NCBI GenBank assembly: GCA_016303265.1 | Contig: JAEDLZ010000001.1 | Span: 983-64,982, forward strand | Reading direction: 5' to 3' | Length of the DNA: 64,000 nucleotides | Source of the DNA: Clostridiales bacterium | Lineage (GTDB): Bacteria; Bacillota; Clostridia; Monoglobales; Monoglobaceae | Part shown: in pieces, positions 1 to 9,033 of the stretch | Position numbering within the stretch: the first letter of the stretch is position 1 | Layout: each line of letters starts with the position of its first letter | The notes under the pieces: model-generated | The model's input: only the letters and a program-made list of their open reading frames with translations | The model's database searches: none | What the model was told of the DNA's origin: nothing | Position numbers and translations under genes: made by a program

Positions 1-908
1 TCATTTGAGAATACGCCTCTCTTACAGCCCTGAACAACTATTTGCTTTACTGCAAGGCCGGTAACTCCGCCCCAAGCCGCCTTGCCGGTAAATGCGCTCT
101 TAAAGATTGCGACAAAGGCGGGGCCTATATGAGCCGCGTTTTTGATTATAACAATAAGACTTCCGAGTACGAAAAGTACAACCATGAACGGAACAACCTT
201 TTCCGCAAAGTTGGCAATTCTTTTCAGTCCGCCGATAATGATAACCCCGCCGAGAATAACCAGCAAAATGCCGATTACAAGATGATATAAGGTTATGTTT
301 CCGTAAAGAACATGACCTGAAAGTGCGGGAAGATTAAAAGCAGAGGTGAAGTTAACAACGATTTTGTTGACCTGACCCATATTGCCGATACCAAAGGACG
401 CCAGAATGCAGAAAACAGCAAACAAAGCCGCAAGAACCGTGCCGATACCTTTGCAGCCCTTGAATTTTCCGAGACCGTCCCGAAGATAATACATAGCACC
501 GCCCGACCATTCGCCGTCCTCGTTTTTGCGCCTGTAGTAAATGCCCAGAACATTTTCAGAGTAATTAGTCATCATTCCGAAGAAAGCGGCAAGCCACATC
601 CAGAAAACAGCGCCCGGACCGCCGCCCGCAATGGCAGCCGCAACGCCGGCAATATTACCGACGCCTATTGTTGCCGCAAGTGCGGTGCAAAGAGCCTGAA
701 ACTGGGATATTGATTTGCCCTTTGTGTGACCGGAAACATGTTTTTTACCTATGCTTCCGATTGTCTGGGAAAACCAGTGACCGACATGAGTGACCTGAAA
801 TACCTTTGTAACAATTGTCATCAAAACTCCGACGCCGAGAAGAAGATAAAGCCCATACCCCCAAACGAAGTTATTGATGGCTGTGTTCAGATTTTCCAAG
901 AAATCCAT
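1..908 (-). CDS. alanine/glycine:cation symporter (AGCS family), C-terminal part cut by window edge
   Basis: Own translation from ATG 908-906 (SD aagggg upstream): MDFLENLNTAINNFVWGYGLYLLLGVG..SQFQALCTALAATIGVGNIAGVAAAI..GLKRIANFAEKVVPFM..GCKRGVFSNE. Open to nt 1, so it is absent from the ORF track. Confidence 0.85.
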   Translation of the reverse strand, partial: MDFLENLNTAINNFVWGYGLYLLLGVGVLMTIVTKVFQVTHVGHWFSQTIGSIGKKHVSGHTKGKSISQFQALCTALAATIGVGNIAGVAAAIAGGGPGAVFWMWLAAFFGMMTNYSENVLGIYYRRKNEDGEWSGGAMYYLRDGLGKFKGCKGIGTVLAALFAVFCILASFGIGNMGQVNKIVVNFTSAFNLPALSGHVLYGNITLYHLVIGILLVILGGVIIIGGLKRIANFAEKVVPFMVVLFVLGSLIVIIKNAAHIGPAFVAIFKSAFTGKAAWGGVTGLAVKQIVVQGCKRGVFSN

Positions 909-924
909 TTTAATAACACCCCTT

Positions 925-969
925 AAAATAAAATAAGAGCCAAACCTTTGAAATCAAAAGTTTAACTCT
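925..969 (-). terminator. intrinsic terminator, expression platform of the glycine riboswitch
   Basis: Minus strand: agagttaaac-loop-gtttggctct (10 bp including 2 G-U pairs) followed by tattttatttt. Lies between the aptamers and the symporter start. Confidence 0.55.
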
Positions 970-1002
970 GAAGAAATGCCGCGAAATATTTCTGAAACCA
1001 AA

Positions 1003-1195
1003 TATATTCCTCCGTCCTTTTGCCTGAGAGATTGGGCGCAGACACAGGTCGATACCCTTTATGTCTTGCCGCCTTTGCACCTTCGGCACTCAATTAAGAG
1101 TTCTCCAGAGCGCTGTCCGTCCACGGTCCCTGCTCAAAACGAGCCCCTGAGAGTGTTACTCCGTCGGGAAGCCATAGCTTTTTCCTGCAGACATC
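1003..1195 (-). promoter_or_regulatory. tandem glycine riboswitch
   Basis: Minus strand has aptamer hallmarks ctctggagaa..gccgaaggtgcaa..aatctctcaggcaaaaggac. A more degenerate upstream aptamer reads caggaaa..cccgacggagtaa..ctctcagg..agggac. Sits upstream of a glycine/alanine symporter, the classic context. Confidence 0.75.
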
Positions 1196-1442
1196 ATACA
1201 GCATGAATTTTGACTCAATAAATAAATTATAGCACCATATATGTAAAAATTCAATAGTTTTTGCAAACTTTTTGAAAAATTCAGGACTTTCTGTAAATTT
1301 TAAGGTAAAAAAGCAAAATAAAGATACTTCCGACGGACAATATGAGCTTATATGCGACAAAATATAAACATATATGATAAAATATATGGCAAAAATATAT
1401 ATAAATAATGAAAAAAATTCCTTTTTTTCGTAGGGAAAAGCA

Positions 1443-1471
1443 TTGCAATTCTAAAAACAGTGTGATATAAT
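1443..1471 (+). promoter_or_regulatory. sigmaA-type promoter for pckG
   Basis: TTGCAA, 17 nt, TATAAT with TGn extended -10 (tgatataat), about 40 nt before the SD aaggagg. Confidence 0.5.
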
Positions 1472-1508
1472 ATTTTTTAATTGGTATAAAATTAAGGAGG
1501 TATTAGAT

Positions 1509-3275
1509 ATGACGGAAAATAAAAAGGTTTTGTCATGGCTTGACGAAATGGTGAAAATGTGTCAGCCGGACGAGGTTGTATGGATCAGCGGCGAAGAAGC
1601 TCAGCTTGAAGCTCTTCGGGAAGAAGCTGTTGCAACGGGAGAAATGATTAAGCTCAACCAGGAAAAGCTTCCGGGCTGCTATTATCACAGAACTGCCGAA
1701 AACGATGTTGCCCGTGTTGAGGACAGAACATTTATCTGTACTCCCACCGAGGAGGAGGCAGGTCCGATTAACAACTGGATGGACCCGAAGGAAATGTATG
1801 CAAAGCTCACAAAGCTCTATACGGGTTCAATGAAGGGCAGAACAATGTATGTTATCCCTTATTCCATGGGTCCCGTAGGTTCACCTTTCTCCAAGATTGG
1901 AGTTGAGCTCACAGACAGTATCTATGTTGTTCTTAATATGAATATTATGACAAGAATAGGACAGCCTGTTCTTGACGCTCTCGGCGACGGTGATTTTATA
2001 AAGTGCCTTCATGCGAAGAAGGATGTTAATCCGGATGAGAGATATATCGTTCACTTCCCGCAGGATGACACAATTTGGTCAATCAACTCCGCATACGGCG
2101 GCAATGTTCTTCTCGGCAAGAAGTGCTTTGCACTGAGAATCGCTTCCTATCTGGGTAAAAACGAAGGCTGGATGGCAGAGCATATGCTTATACTGGGTCT
2201 TGAAAATCCTCAGGGCGAGGTTAAGTATATTTGTGCGGCGTTCCCGTCTGCCTGCGGCAAGACGAACCTTGCTATGCTTATTCCGCCGGAGGGGCTTAAG
2301 GCTAAGGGCTATAAGGTATGGACGGTAGGAGATGACATTGCATGGCTCAGAGTGGGCGAGGACGGCAGACTTTACGCTGTTAACCCTGAAGCAGGCTTTT
2401 TCGGAGTTGCACCCGGAACAAGCGAAAAAACAAACTTCAATGCGCTTCAGTCAACAAAGAAGAATACAATATTTACAAATGTTGCTATAAATAATGACGA
2501 TATGACTGTTTGGTGGGAAGGCTTAGATAAGAATCCGCCCGAAAACGCAACGGATTGGCTTGGAAACAAGTGCAACGGCAAGGAATATGCCGCAGAGGGC
2601 AAGAAGCTTGCTCACCCGAACTCAAGATTTACAGCTCCGGCAATCAACTGCCCCTGTATTTCTCCCGAGTTTGAAAATCCCCAGGGCGTTCCGATTTCCG
2701 CTATCGTATTCGGAGGAAGAAGGGCAAAGACTGCTCCGCTGGTATATCAGGCGCATGACTGGAATCACGGCGTATTTGTAGGCGCAACAATGGCTTCTGA
2801 AACAACTGCGGCAGCAGCCGGTGCAGTAGGTGTTGTAAGACGCGATCCTATGGCTATGCGTCCGTTTGTCGGATATAATATGGCGGACTATTTCCAGCAT
2901 TGGTATGATATGGGCAAGAAGATTACAAACCAGCCTAAAATATTCAATGTCAACTGGTTCAGACTTGACGACGACGGCAACTTCATGTGGCCGGGATTCG
3001 GCGATAATATGCGTGTTCTCAACTGGATTTTGGATCGTTGCGACGGTAAGGTTGACGCTGTGGAAACTCCTATCGGCTTTGTTCCCAAAAAGGAAGACCT
3101 TGACCTTGAGGGGCTGGATATTGACGATGCGACGCTTACAGAGCTTCTTTCAATTGATAACGATGTTTGGAAGGACGAAGTTAAGCAGCAGAGAGAATTC
3201 TTCGCCCAGTTCGGCGACAGACTTCCAAAGGAAATCGTTGACAGCATGGATGAGTTGGAAAAGAAACTCGGCTAA
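1509..3275 (+). CDS. pckG: phosphoenolpyruvate carboxykinase (GTP)
   Basis: 588 aa. GTP-PEPCK hallmarks read in translation: FPSACGKTN kinase-1a loop, WMAEHMLILG, VGDDIAWLR, NPEAGFFGVAPGTS. Strong SD. Confidence 0.95.
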   Translation: MTENKKVLSWLDEMVKMCQPDEVVWISGEEAQLEALREEAVATGEMIKLNQEKLPGCYYHRTAENDVARVEDRTFICTPTEEEAGPINNWMDPKEMYAKLTKLYTGSMKGRTMYVIPYSMGPVGSPFSKIGVELTDSIYVVLNMNIMTRIGQPVLDALGDGDFIKCLHAKKDVNPDERYIVHFPQDDTIWSINSAYGGNVLLGKKCFALRIASYLGKNEGWMAEHMLILGLENPQGEVKYICAAFPSACGKTNLAMLIPPEGLKAKGYKVWTVGDDIAWLRVGEDGRLYAVNPEAGFFGVAPGTSEKTNFNALQSTKKNTIFTNVAINNDDMTVWWEGLDKNPPENATDWLGNKCNGKEYAAEGKKLAHPNSRFTAPAINCPCISPEFENPQGVPISAIVFGGRRAKTAPLVYQAHDWNHGVFVGATMASETTAAAAGAVGVVRRDPMAMRPFVGYNMADYFQHWYDMGKKITNQPKIFNVNWFRLDDDGNFMWPGFGDNMRVLNWILDRCDGKVDAVETPIGFVPKKEDLDLEGLDIDDATLTELLSIDNDVWKDEVKQQREFFAQFGDRLPKEIVDSMDELEKKLG

Positions 3276-3389
3276 TATAATTGTGCGGCGAAAAATTCAG
3301 CGGAAAACAGTTTTCTGCCGAATTGGGGTCAATCCCGTGCATCCCGTGCAGATAGCTTTATGACCCGGTGCAACATTTTTTGGCGCACT

Positions 3390-3450
3390 AAAACAAAACA
3401 ATCCCCGAAAACAGCTAAGCTCAAACTGTTTCCGGGGATTGTTTCATTGG
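3390..3450. terminator. bidirectional hairpin terminator between pckG and the GT2 gene; copy A of a dispersed ~60-nt palindromic element
   Basis: tccccgaaaacagct-loop-ctgtttccgggga flanked by aaacaaaaca / ttgtttcattgg. Near-identical element in inverted orientation at 26852-26913. Confidence 0.6.
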
Positions 3451-3534
3451 TAAAAAACTATTTTGGGCAAATCGCTCTTCTGAAATTATTCTGCCGCAGC
3501 CCTTTTTTAATATGCAAGAATTATAAAATCGGTT

Positions 3535-4803
3535 TTATTTGGATTTTTCCAGGTCTTCCACCGACTTTGAAACGGTGTGTCTTATGGGCTCCCATTCAAC
3601 ATGCTTAAAGAGGGCGGCAATTGAAATCGGTATATATGTCATCATAAAAATCGGGAATGTAAACATATAAAGTATCTTTTTCGGCGTTGTGCATAAAATG
3701 CGCTTCCATTCGGTAATTGTCGTAATTCCGCCTACAAAGAAAAGCATAACATAGGGTATGAAAATTGCCGAACCTATACTTTTCAGCGCCATAATAATGA
3801 AGCGAGGGTCACGGGAAATCAAAGAACCTGCAAGGAACAGGACATTTCCTAAAATCCCGAGGAATGTCAGAATGTAAGCAAGACCGACGGTAACAAGCAT
3901 ATCATAGCAGGCAAAGCTTTTGGTAAAGCTCCCGGCGATTAGTTTGCCGTTGTACTTTTTTGCAACCTGCAGAAATCCTTTTGCCCAGCGCATACGCTGT
4001 TTCCATGATTGTTTAAATGTTGTGGGCTGTTCGTCGTATAGCATTGCCTTTTCGCAAAATGCAATGGTTTCGCCTTGTAAAATATTGTGAACCGTAAACT
4101 GAATATCCTCGGTCAGGAAGAAGAACTTCCAGCCGTTGCTTTTTAAAAGTACATCGCGGTGAACAAGAAAACCGGTCCCGCCTATTGCGCAGCTTGTATG
4201 GCAAAGGTCGCGGGAATTATTAAGAAATTTCGATTCCCTTATGAACCAGAGTGCATAACCTGCGGAAATCCAGTTAGTACCATAATTTTTCGAATTACGG
4301 TAACCGGTAACAATTCTGCTGCCGTTTGAGAAGGTTTTGTTCATTTCCTCAATATAGTGTTTATTTAAAACATTGTCCGCATCAAAAACGAAAAAACCGT
4401 CGTAAGGACAAGTTTCTTTATCATATCCGATTTTTTCGAGAAGAAAATCAAGTGCATAGCCCTTGCCGACCAGCATATCGTTAAATCTTTCAAATACTGT
4501 TGCACCCGCTTTGCGGGCAACCTTTGCGGTATTATCCGTGCAGTTGTCTGCAACAACAAAAACATCAATTAGCTCTGACGGATATGTCTGATTATTTATA
4601 CTTTCAATGAGATTGCCGATAACGGTTTCTTCATTTCTTGCAGAAATCATAACCGCATATCTGCACATTTTCCGCGCATTTTTATCCTTGGTTTTTTTCA
4701 GGAAGGGAATTGCAATAAAAAGAAACTGATACAGATAAAAAATCGTAAAAATCGTCCCTATTATAGAGTTTATATTTGATAAATAAGGCAACAAGAGCTT
4801 CAT
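3535..4803 (-). CDS. membrane-bound family 2 glycosyltransferase (processive synthase-like)
   Basis: 422 aa. GT2 core (VFVVADNCTDNT, FDADN), QRMRWAKG = QxxRW motif, with N- and C-terminal hydrophobic segments. Confidence 0.85.
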   Translation of the reverse strand: MKLLLPYLSNINSIIGTIFTIFYLYQFLFIAIPFLKKTKDKNARKMCRYAVMISARNEETVIGNLIESINNQTYPSELIDVFVVADNCTDNTAKVARKAGATVFERFNDMLVGKGYALDFLLEKIGYDKETCPYDGFFVFDADNVLNKHYIEEMNKTFSNGSRIVTGYRNSKNYGTNWISAGYALWFIRESKFLNNSRDLCHTSCAIGGTGFLVHRDVLLKSNGWKFFFLTEDIQFTVHNILQGETIAFCEKAMLYDEQPTTFKQSWKQRMRWAKGFLQVAKKYNGKLIAGSFTKSFACYDMLVTVGLAYILTFLGILGNVLFLAGSLISRDPRFIIMALKSIGSAIFIPYVMLFFVGGITTITEWKRILCTTPKKILYMFTFPIFMMTYIPISIAALFKHVEWEPIRHTVSKSVEDLEKSK

Positions 4804-4832
4804 ATTTTCAACCTCACCGTTAAAATCTTCAA

Positions 4833-4855
4833 AATTGTTAACAAATTGTTAACAA
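4833..4855. promoter_or_regulatory. two adjacent 10-bp palindromes (candidate operator) upstream of the GT2 gene
   Basis: attgttaacaa repeated at 12-nt phase (4833-4843, 4845-4855). Each contains the palindrome TTGTTAACAA. Lies 30-50 nt upstream of the start at 4803. Confidence 0.35.
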
Positions 4856-5061
4856 TAAATATTATACCGTAAATGCCAAAAAAGTCAATCGGTTTTGGAA
4901 AAATTGATAAATTTTTTTTGAAATTCTGAAGATTTACCTTAAAAAAGACGGAGCATATTGCAAAATTTGGTATAATTTAACAACCTGTAAACAAAATATG
5001 AATAAATTATGAACATAAATTAAAAGCTACATATATATTTTGTTATGAGTTTACCCGTAAT

Positions 5062-5102
5062 AAAATATGCCGGAATGTAACACATCTATTGTAAACCTAC
5101 AG
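5062..5102 (+). repeat. 41-nt conserved intergenic motif, copy A
   Basis: aaaatatgccggaatgtaacacatctattgtaaacctacag. 34/41 identical ungapped to 8000-8040. Ends exactly 28 nt before a -35 hexamer, as does copy B. Confidence 0.6.
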
Positions 5103-5130
5103 TTTATTGAGTAAAAAGATTATGGTTGTA

Positions 5131-5159
5131 TTGACTTTTCGCCATATATATGATAAAAT
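5131..5159 (+). promoter_or_regulatory. sigmaA-type promoter for the 134-aa membrane protein gene
   Basis: TTGACT, 17 nt, TAAAAT with TGn (tgataaaat). Confidence 0.5.
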
Positions 5160-5187
5160 CAAAAATAAGCAATAAAGAAATATCAAG

Positions 5188-5592
5188 GTGGATTTTATGT
5201 CAAGTTTAATATCATTGTTTACATTAGTGGAAAACGGGGTTGTGCTGCTTGAAATTTTGGGCATTGTTGTGCTGGTAATTTCAATTATTATTTGCAATAA
5301 AACAAAGAAAAAATTGCACGAAAGAACGAAAAAAGTGATTAGCAGAATGAAAAGCGCAAATTATCTTGGCGTAATTTTACTTGTGGTTTTCGGCAGCTTT
5401 GTGTGCAGCTTCAATATAGGCTTTTTGATTTCCCTTATATCAGCGGCGATGGAGAGCGGCGGAGCTGGGGGGATTCTTACTTTTTTAAAGAGCATAAAAA
5501 GCGATATTGCTTTGATTCTTATTGTAGCTGAGGTTGTTTTGTGTATTAAAAATGTTCTTCGGCATATAAGCAATATTGTAAGATTGGACTAA
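5188..5592 (+). CDS. hypothetical small membrane protein
   Basis: 134 aa with SD aaggtgg. Several hydrophobic segments, its own promoter and terminator. No family recognised. Confidence 0.5.
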   Translation: MDFMSSLISLFTLVENGVVLLEILGIVVLVISIIICNKTKKKLHERTKKVISRMKSANYLGVILLVVFGSFVCSFNIGFLISLISAAMESGGAGGILTFLKSIKSDIALILIVAEVVLCIKNVLRHISNIVRLD

Positions 5593-5611
5593 TAAAATGA
5601 ATACATATAGA

Positions 5612-5636
5612 AACCGGGCAATCTGCCCGGTTTTAG
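5612..5636 (+). terminator. rho-independent terminator
   Basis: aaccgggca-atc-tgcccggtt followed by tt(a)gtgtttt. Confidence 0.7.
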
Positions 5637-5749
5637 TGTTTTAAATAAAGTTTTATTTAAAACACTAAAACAAAAAAGAGAGAATATATTTCCGAAAAAT
5701 GAACTCTGCATTACACGAATAAACAGAAATTCATTTTTCGGAACAGTGA

Positions 5750-5784
5750 GAGCCGCAGAAAAGACTAATGCTTTTCTGCGGCTC
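5750..5784. terminator. 14-bp hairpin downstream of htpG
   Basis: gagccgcagaaaag-loop-cttttctgcggctc, 90 nt beyond the htpG stop. No clean U-run. Confidence 0.45.
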
Positions 5785-5874
5785 TCCGCTTTGACAATGT
5801 TTTACGGAGACTTTTTCTCACAGTATCTAAGATGTAAAATTTTATTTTCCTGCGCAAAAGCTATATCAGCGGCA

Positions 5875-7755
5875 TTACATGAGATTGCAGACCATATTGG
5901 AAAGCTCTGTCGGGTTCTCAACGGGAAGTCCGCTGATAAGTCTTGCCATTGTGTAAAGAATCTTTGAATACTCTTTAATTTTATCTTTATCGCTTTCGTA
6001 TAGGCTTTTGAGCGTATTTGCAATACTGTGTTCCATATTTATTTCAAGCACGATTTCCGCTTTAGGCGCAAATCCGTTTCCGGGCATTTTGCTTAAAACC
6101 TTTTCCATTTCAGTAGAAATTCCGCCCTCTGTAGAGAGGCAGACGGGATGACTGCCGAGGGTGTTGGTGAATTTAACACTTGTAACGGCCCCATCCAGGC
6201 TGTCTTTCATAAACTTAAGCAGCTCCTCGGATTTTTCATTTTCCTCTTTAAGCGCATTTTTCTCCTCTTCGGTTGAAATGTCCAAATTATCGGCGCAGAC
6301 ATTTGTGAATTTCTTGTCTGCGTAGTTCATAAGGGTCATAAGTACAAACTCGTCAATATCATCGGTCAGATAGAGCACCTCGAAGCCCTTGGCTTTTACC
6401 GCACCGACCTGGGGCAGCATATCGATTTTATCCGTTGTTTCACCGCAGGCATAATATATGTCCTTTTGACCGTCTTTCATGCGCTCTGTGTATGTCTTAA
6501 GAGATACATAGTTATCCTCGGCAGAGGTGTGGAACAGAAGCAAATCCTTAAGCACATCCTTGTCCTTGCCGTAGTCGGCATATACTCCGTATTTAAGCTG
6601 AATCCCAAATTCGTCAAAGAATTTTTCGTAGTTTTCCCTGTCTTTTTCCATCATCTTTTCAAGCTCATTCTTGATTTTTTTGGTAATATTTTTTGCGATA
6701 ATTTTAAGCTGATGGTCGTGCTGGAGAGTTTCACGGGATATGTTCAATGTGAAATCCTCGCTGTCCACAAGCCCCTTCACAAAGCTGAAATAATCAGGCA
6801 GGAGGTCAGGACACTTCTCCATAATCATAACACCGTTTGAATAGAGCTGCAAGCCCTTTTCAAAATTCTTCGTGTAGTAGTCAAAGGGCGCTTTCTGAGG
6901 AATGAAGAGCAATGCCTCATAGCTGACCGTACCCTCGGACTTGGTTCTGATAACCTTTGCGGGAGATTGATAATCAAAGAATTTTTCGCAGTAGAAATTT
7001 TTGTATTCCTCATCGCTGACCTTGCTCTGGGGTCTGTGCCAGATGGGAACCATGCTGTTGAGGGTTTTGTTTTCCACAACGGTTTCGTATTCGTTTTCCG
7101 TGCCCTCCTTTTTGCGGCTGGTTTCAACATCCATTTTAATGGGATAGCGTATATAATCGGAATACTTTTTGACCAATTCTTCGATGCGGAAGGCTTCAAG
7201 AAATTCGCTGTATTTTTCACTTTCGGTATCCTCTTTCAGGTGAATTGTGATTTCCGAACCTACAGTTTCAAAATCACATTCGGAAACAGAGTAACCGTCA
7301 GCGCCGGTTGATTCCCATACGAAAGCCTTATCGCCATTTACGGAGCGGCTTTTAACGGTAATTTTATCGCCTACCATAAAGGCGGAATAAAAACCTACTC
7401 CGAACTGTCCGATAATATCCACATCCTTTGTTTTTTCATTGTCATGCTTGAAGTCAAAGGAGCCGCTTTTTGCGATTGTTCCCAGATTTTTTTCAAGCTC
7501 GTCCTCGGTCATACCGCAGCCGTTATCCCGAACCGTGATTGTGCGGTTTTCCTTATCGGTTTTAAGGATAATCGCATAGTCGGATTTTTTGAGTCCGGCA
7601 TCGGGATTGGTAAGCGAAAGGAAATATCGCTTGTCAATTGCGTCGCTGGCATTTGAAATAAGCTCACGAAGGAAAATTTCCTTATGGGTATAGATGGAGT
7701 TAATCATCATATCCAGCATCTTTTTTGACTCTGTTTTAAATTGCTTTTTTGCCAT
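5875..7755 (-). CDS. htpG: molecular chaperone HtpG (Hsp90)
   Basis: 626 aa. N-terminus MAKKQFKTESKKMLDMMINSIYTHKEIFLRELISNASDAIDK, plus IGQFGVGFYSAF. Confidence 0.95.
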   Translation of the reverse strand: MAKKQFKTESKKMLDMMINSIYTHKEIFLRELISNASDAIDKRYFLSLTNPDAGLKKSDYAIILKTDKENRTITVRDNGCGMTEDELEKNLGTIAKSGSFDFKHDNEKTKDVDIIGQFGVGFYSAFMVGDKITVKSRSVNGDKAFVWESTGADGYSVSECDFETVGSEITIHLKEDTESEKYSEFLEAFRIEELVKKYSDYIRYPIKMDVETSRKKEGTENEYETVVENKTLNSMVPIWHRPQSKVSDEEYKNFYCEKFFDYQSPAKVIRTKSEGTVSYEALLFIPQKAPFDYYTKNFEKGLQLYSNGVMIMEKCPDLLPDYFSFVKGLVDSEDFTLNISRETLQHDHQLKIIAKNITKKIKNELEKMMEKDRENYEKFFDEFGIQLKYGVYADYGKDKDVLKDLLLFHTSAEDNYVSLKTYTERMKDGQKDIYYACGETTDKIDMLPQVGAVKAKGFEVLYLTDDIDEFVLMTLMNYADKKFTNVCADNLDISTEEEKNALKEENEKSEELLKFMKDSLDGAVTSVKFTNTLGSHPVCLSTEGGISTEMEKVLSKMPGNGFAPKAEIVLEINMEHSIANTLKSLYESDKDKIKEYSKILYTMARLISGLPVENPTELSNMVCNLM

Positions 7756-7999
7756 AAAAAAAGACCTCTTTTGAAATGAATTATAGCATATAACTGCACG
7801 CCCCGGTAAAATTTCTCGATATGTGCGGGAAATTCTTTAAATTAGGGAAAAATGCAATACTTTTGCCCAAATGCGGCTAAAGGAAAAGCTTGCCCGAATG
7901 GCTTTTTATACCTTATTTAACAGCCGATAAAGGCGGCAGATATATCCACACAGAGATTCTAACGCAAAAGTGACAAAATGTCAAGTCCGCCTCAGACTT

Positions 8000-8040
8000 A
8001 AAATTTGCCGGAATGTAATACATCATTGACAAACCTACAG
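8000..8040 (+). repeat. 41-nt conserved intergenic motif, copy B
   Basis: aaaatttgccggaatgtaatacatcattgacaaacctacag. See copy A at 5062-5102. Also contains a possible second promoter (TTGACA, 17 nt, CATAAT). Confidence 0.6.
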
Positions 8041-8068
8041 GGGAAATGCATAATTTAATATTTTTTTC

Positions 8069-8097
8069 TTGACAAATTAAAACAGATATGATAATAT
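8069..8097 (+). promoter_or_regulatory. sigmaA-type promoter of the Mn riboswitch-mntP transcript
   Basis: TTGACA, 17 nt, TAATAT with TGn. Transcript would start about 5-10 nt before the aptamer. Confidence 0.55.
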
Positions 8098-8109
8098 ATT
8101 CCTATCCTA

Positions 8110-8192
8110 ATGAGGGAGTAGCAAGCGCAAAAGCGTAACAAGTCAACATTCCCGGCCTGTCGGTCTGGCTTGTTTCAAATTGCGAGACTCAT
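8110..8192 (+). promoter_or_regulatory. yybP-ykoY (Mn2+) riboswitch
   Basis: P1 atgag/ctcat enclosing GGGAGTAGC..ACAAGTCAACAT..GGCTTGTTTCAA..GCGAGAC, matching the conserved yybP-ykoY blocks. Downstream gene is mntP. Confidence 0.85.
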
Positions 8193-8228
8193 GTATAACA
8201 TTTGCTGTACATGGAGTCTGTTTATTTA
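8185..8228 (+). terminator. riboswitch-controlled terminator
   Basis: agactcatgta-loop-tacatggagtct then gtttattt. The 5' arm overlaps the aptamer P1 3' strand, consistent with an ON switch. Confidence 0.65.
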
Positions 8229-8435
8229 GAATTAAACCCAAGTATGGCATTGCTGTATTTGGGTTATTTTTAATTTATAGGGAATTGCTCATTTCCTATA
8301 TAAGAAAAAAGAAAATGATTGCCCGTGCGAAATTTTTTGTGATATTACAAATCGCACTCGGGTAAGAACAAAGTGTTATTTTTCTCTGCCCGCCGGAGGC
8401 GCTTTGTTATGATTGGGGGGGGAGGAAAAAAGAAA

Positions 8436-9020
8436 ATGGACTGGAGCATTTTATTCTTTATCAATAGTATTCTGCTTGGTGCGGGGCTGGCAATGGACGC
8501 CTTTTCCGTATCGGTTGCAAACGGGCTGAGCGAGCCGAAAATGCGAAGCGGGAAAATGTGCGCAATTGCAGGGGTTTTCGGTATATTTCAGGCGGTAATG
8601 CCAATGATAGGCTGGGTTTGCGTAAATACTGTTGTAAACTATTTTAAGGCGTTTGAAAAATTTATACCGTGGATTGCACTGATACTTCTTTTGTATATCG
8701 GCGGCAAAATGCTTTGCGGCGGGTTGAAAAACAAAAATGATGAAAGCGAAGGAGTAAGGGTCGGGATTGCCGCCCTTATAGTTCAGGGTATTGCGACCTC
8801 AATTGACGCGTTGTCCGTTGGGTTTGCCATAGCGGAATATGACCTGCTTCATGCCGTTGTTTGTGCTTTGACGGTTGCTGTCGTAACCTTCCTGATTTCT
8901 CTCGGCGGAGTGATTATCGGGAAAAAATTCGGGGCAACATTCAATAATAAAGCGGAAGCTTTCGGCGGTATTATTTTGATTATTATAGGACTTGAAATTT
9001 TTATAACAGGTATTATTTAA
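8436..9020 (+). CDS. mntP: manganese efflux pump MntP
   Basis: MDWSILFFINSILLGAGLAMDAFSVSVANGL.. and a second SIDALSVGF motif. Start moved from the track start (8373) to ATG 8436 behind SD ggagg. Confidence 0.9.
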   Translation: MDWSILFFINSILLGAGLAMDAFSVSVANGLSEPKMRSGKMCAIAGVFGIFQAVMPMIGWVCVNTVVNYFKAFEKFIPWIALILLLYIGGKMLCGGLKNKNDESEGVRVGIAALIVQGIATSIDALSVGFAIAEYDLLHAVVCALTVAVVTFLISLGGVIIGKKFGATFNNKAEAFGGIILIIIGLEIFITGII

Positions 9021-9033
9021 GGAGGGTATACAA

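Noticed and set aside
8415-8422. A second G8 tract just upstream of mntP, as a possible phase-variation switch.
   Set aside because: It lies 5' of the SD (ggagg) in the untranslated leader. Length changes would alter neither the reading frame nor the SD-ATG spacing.
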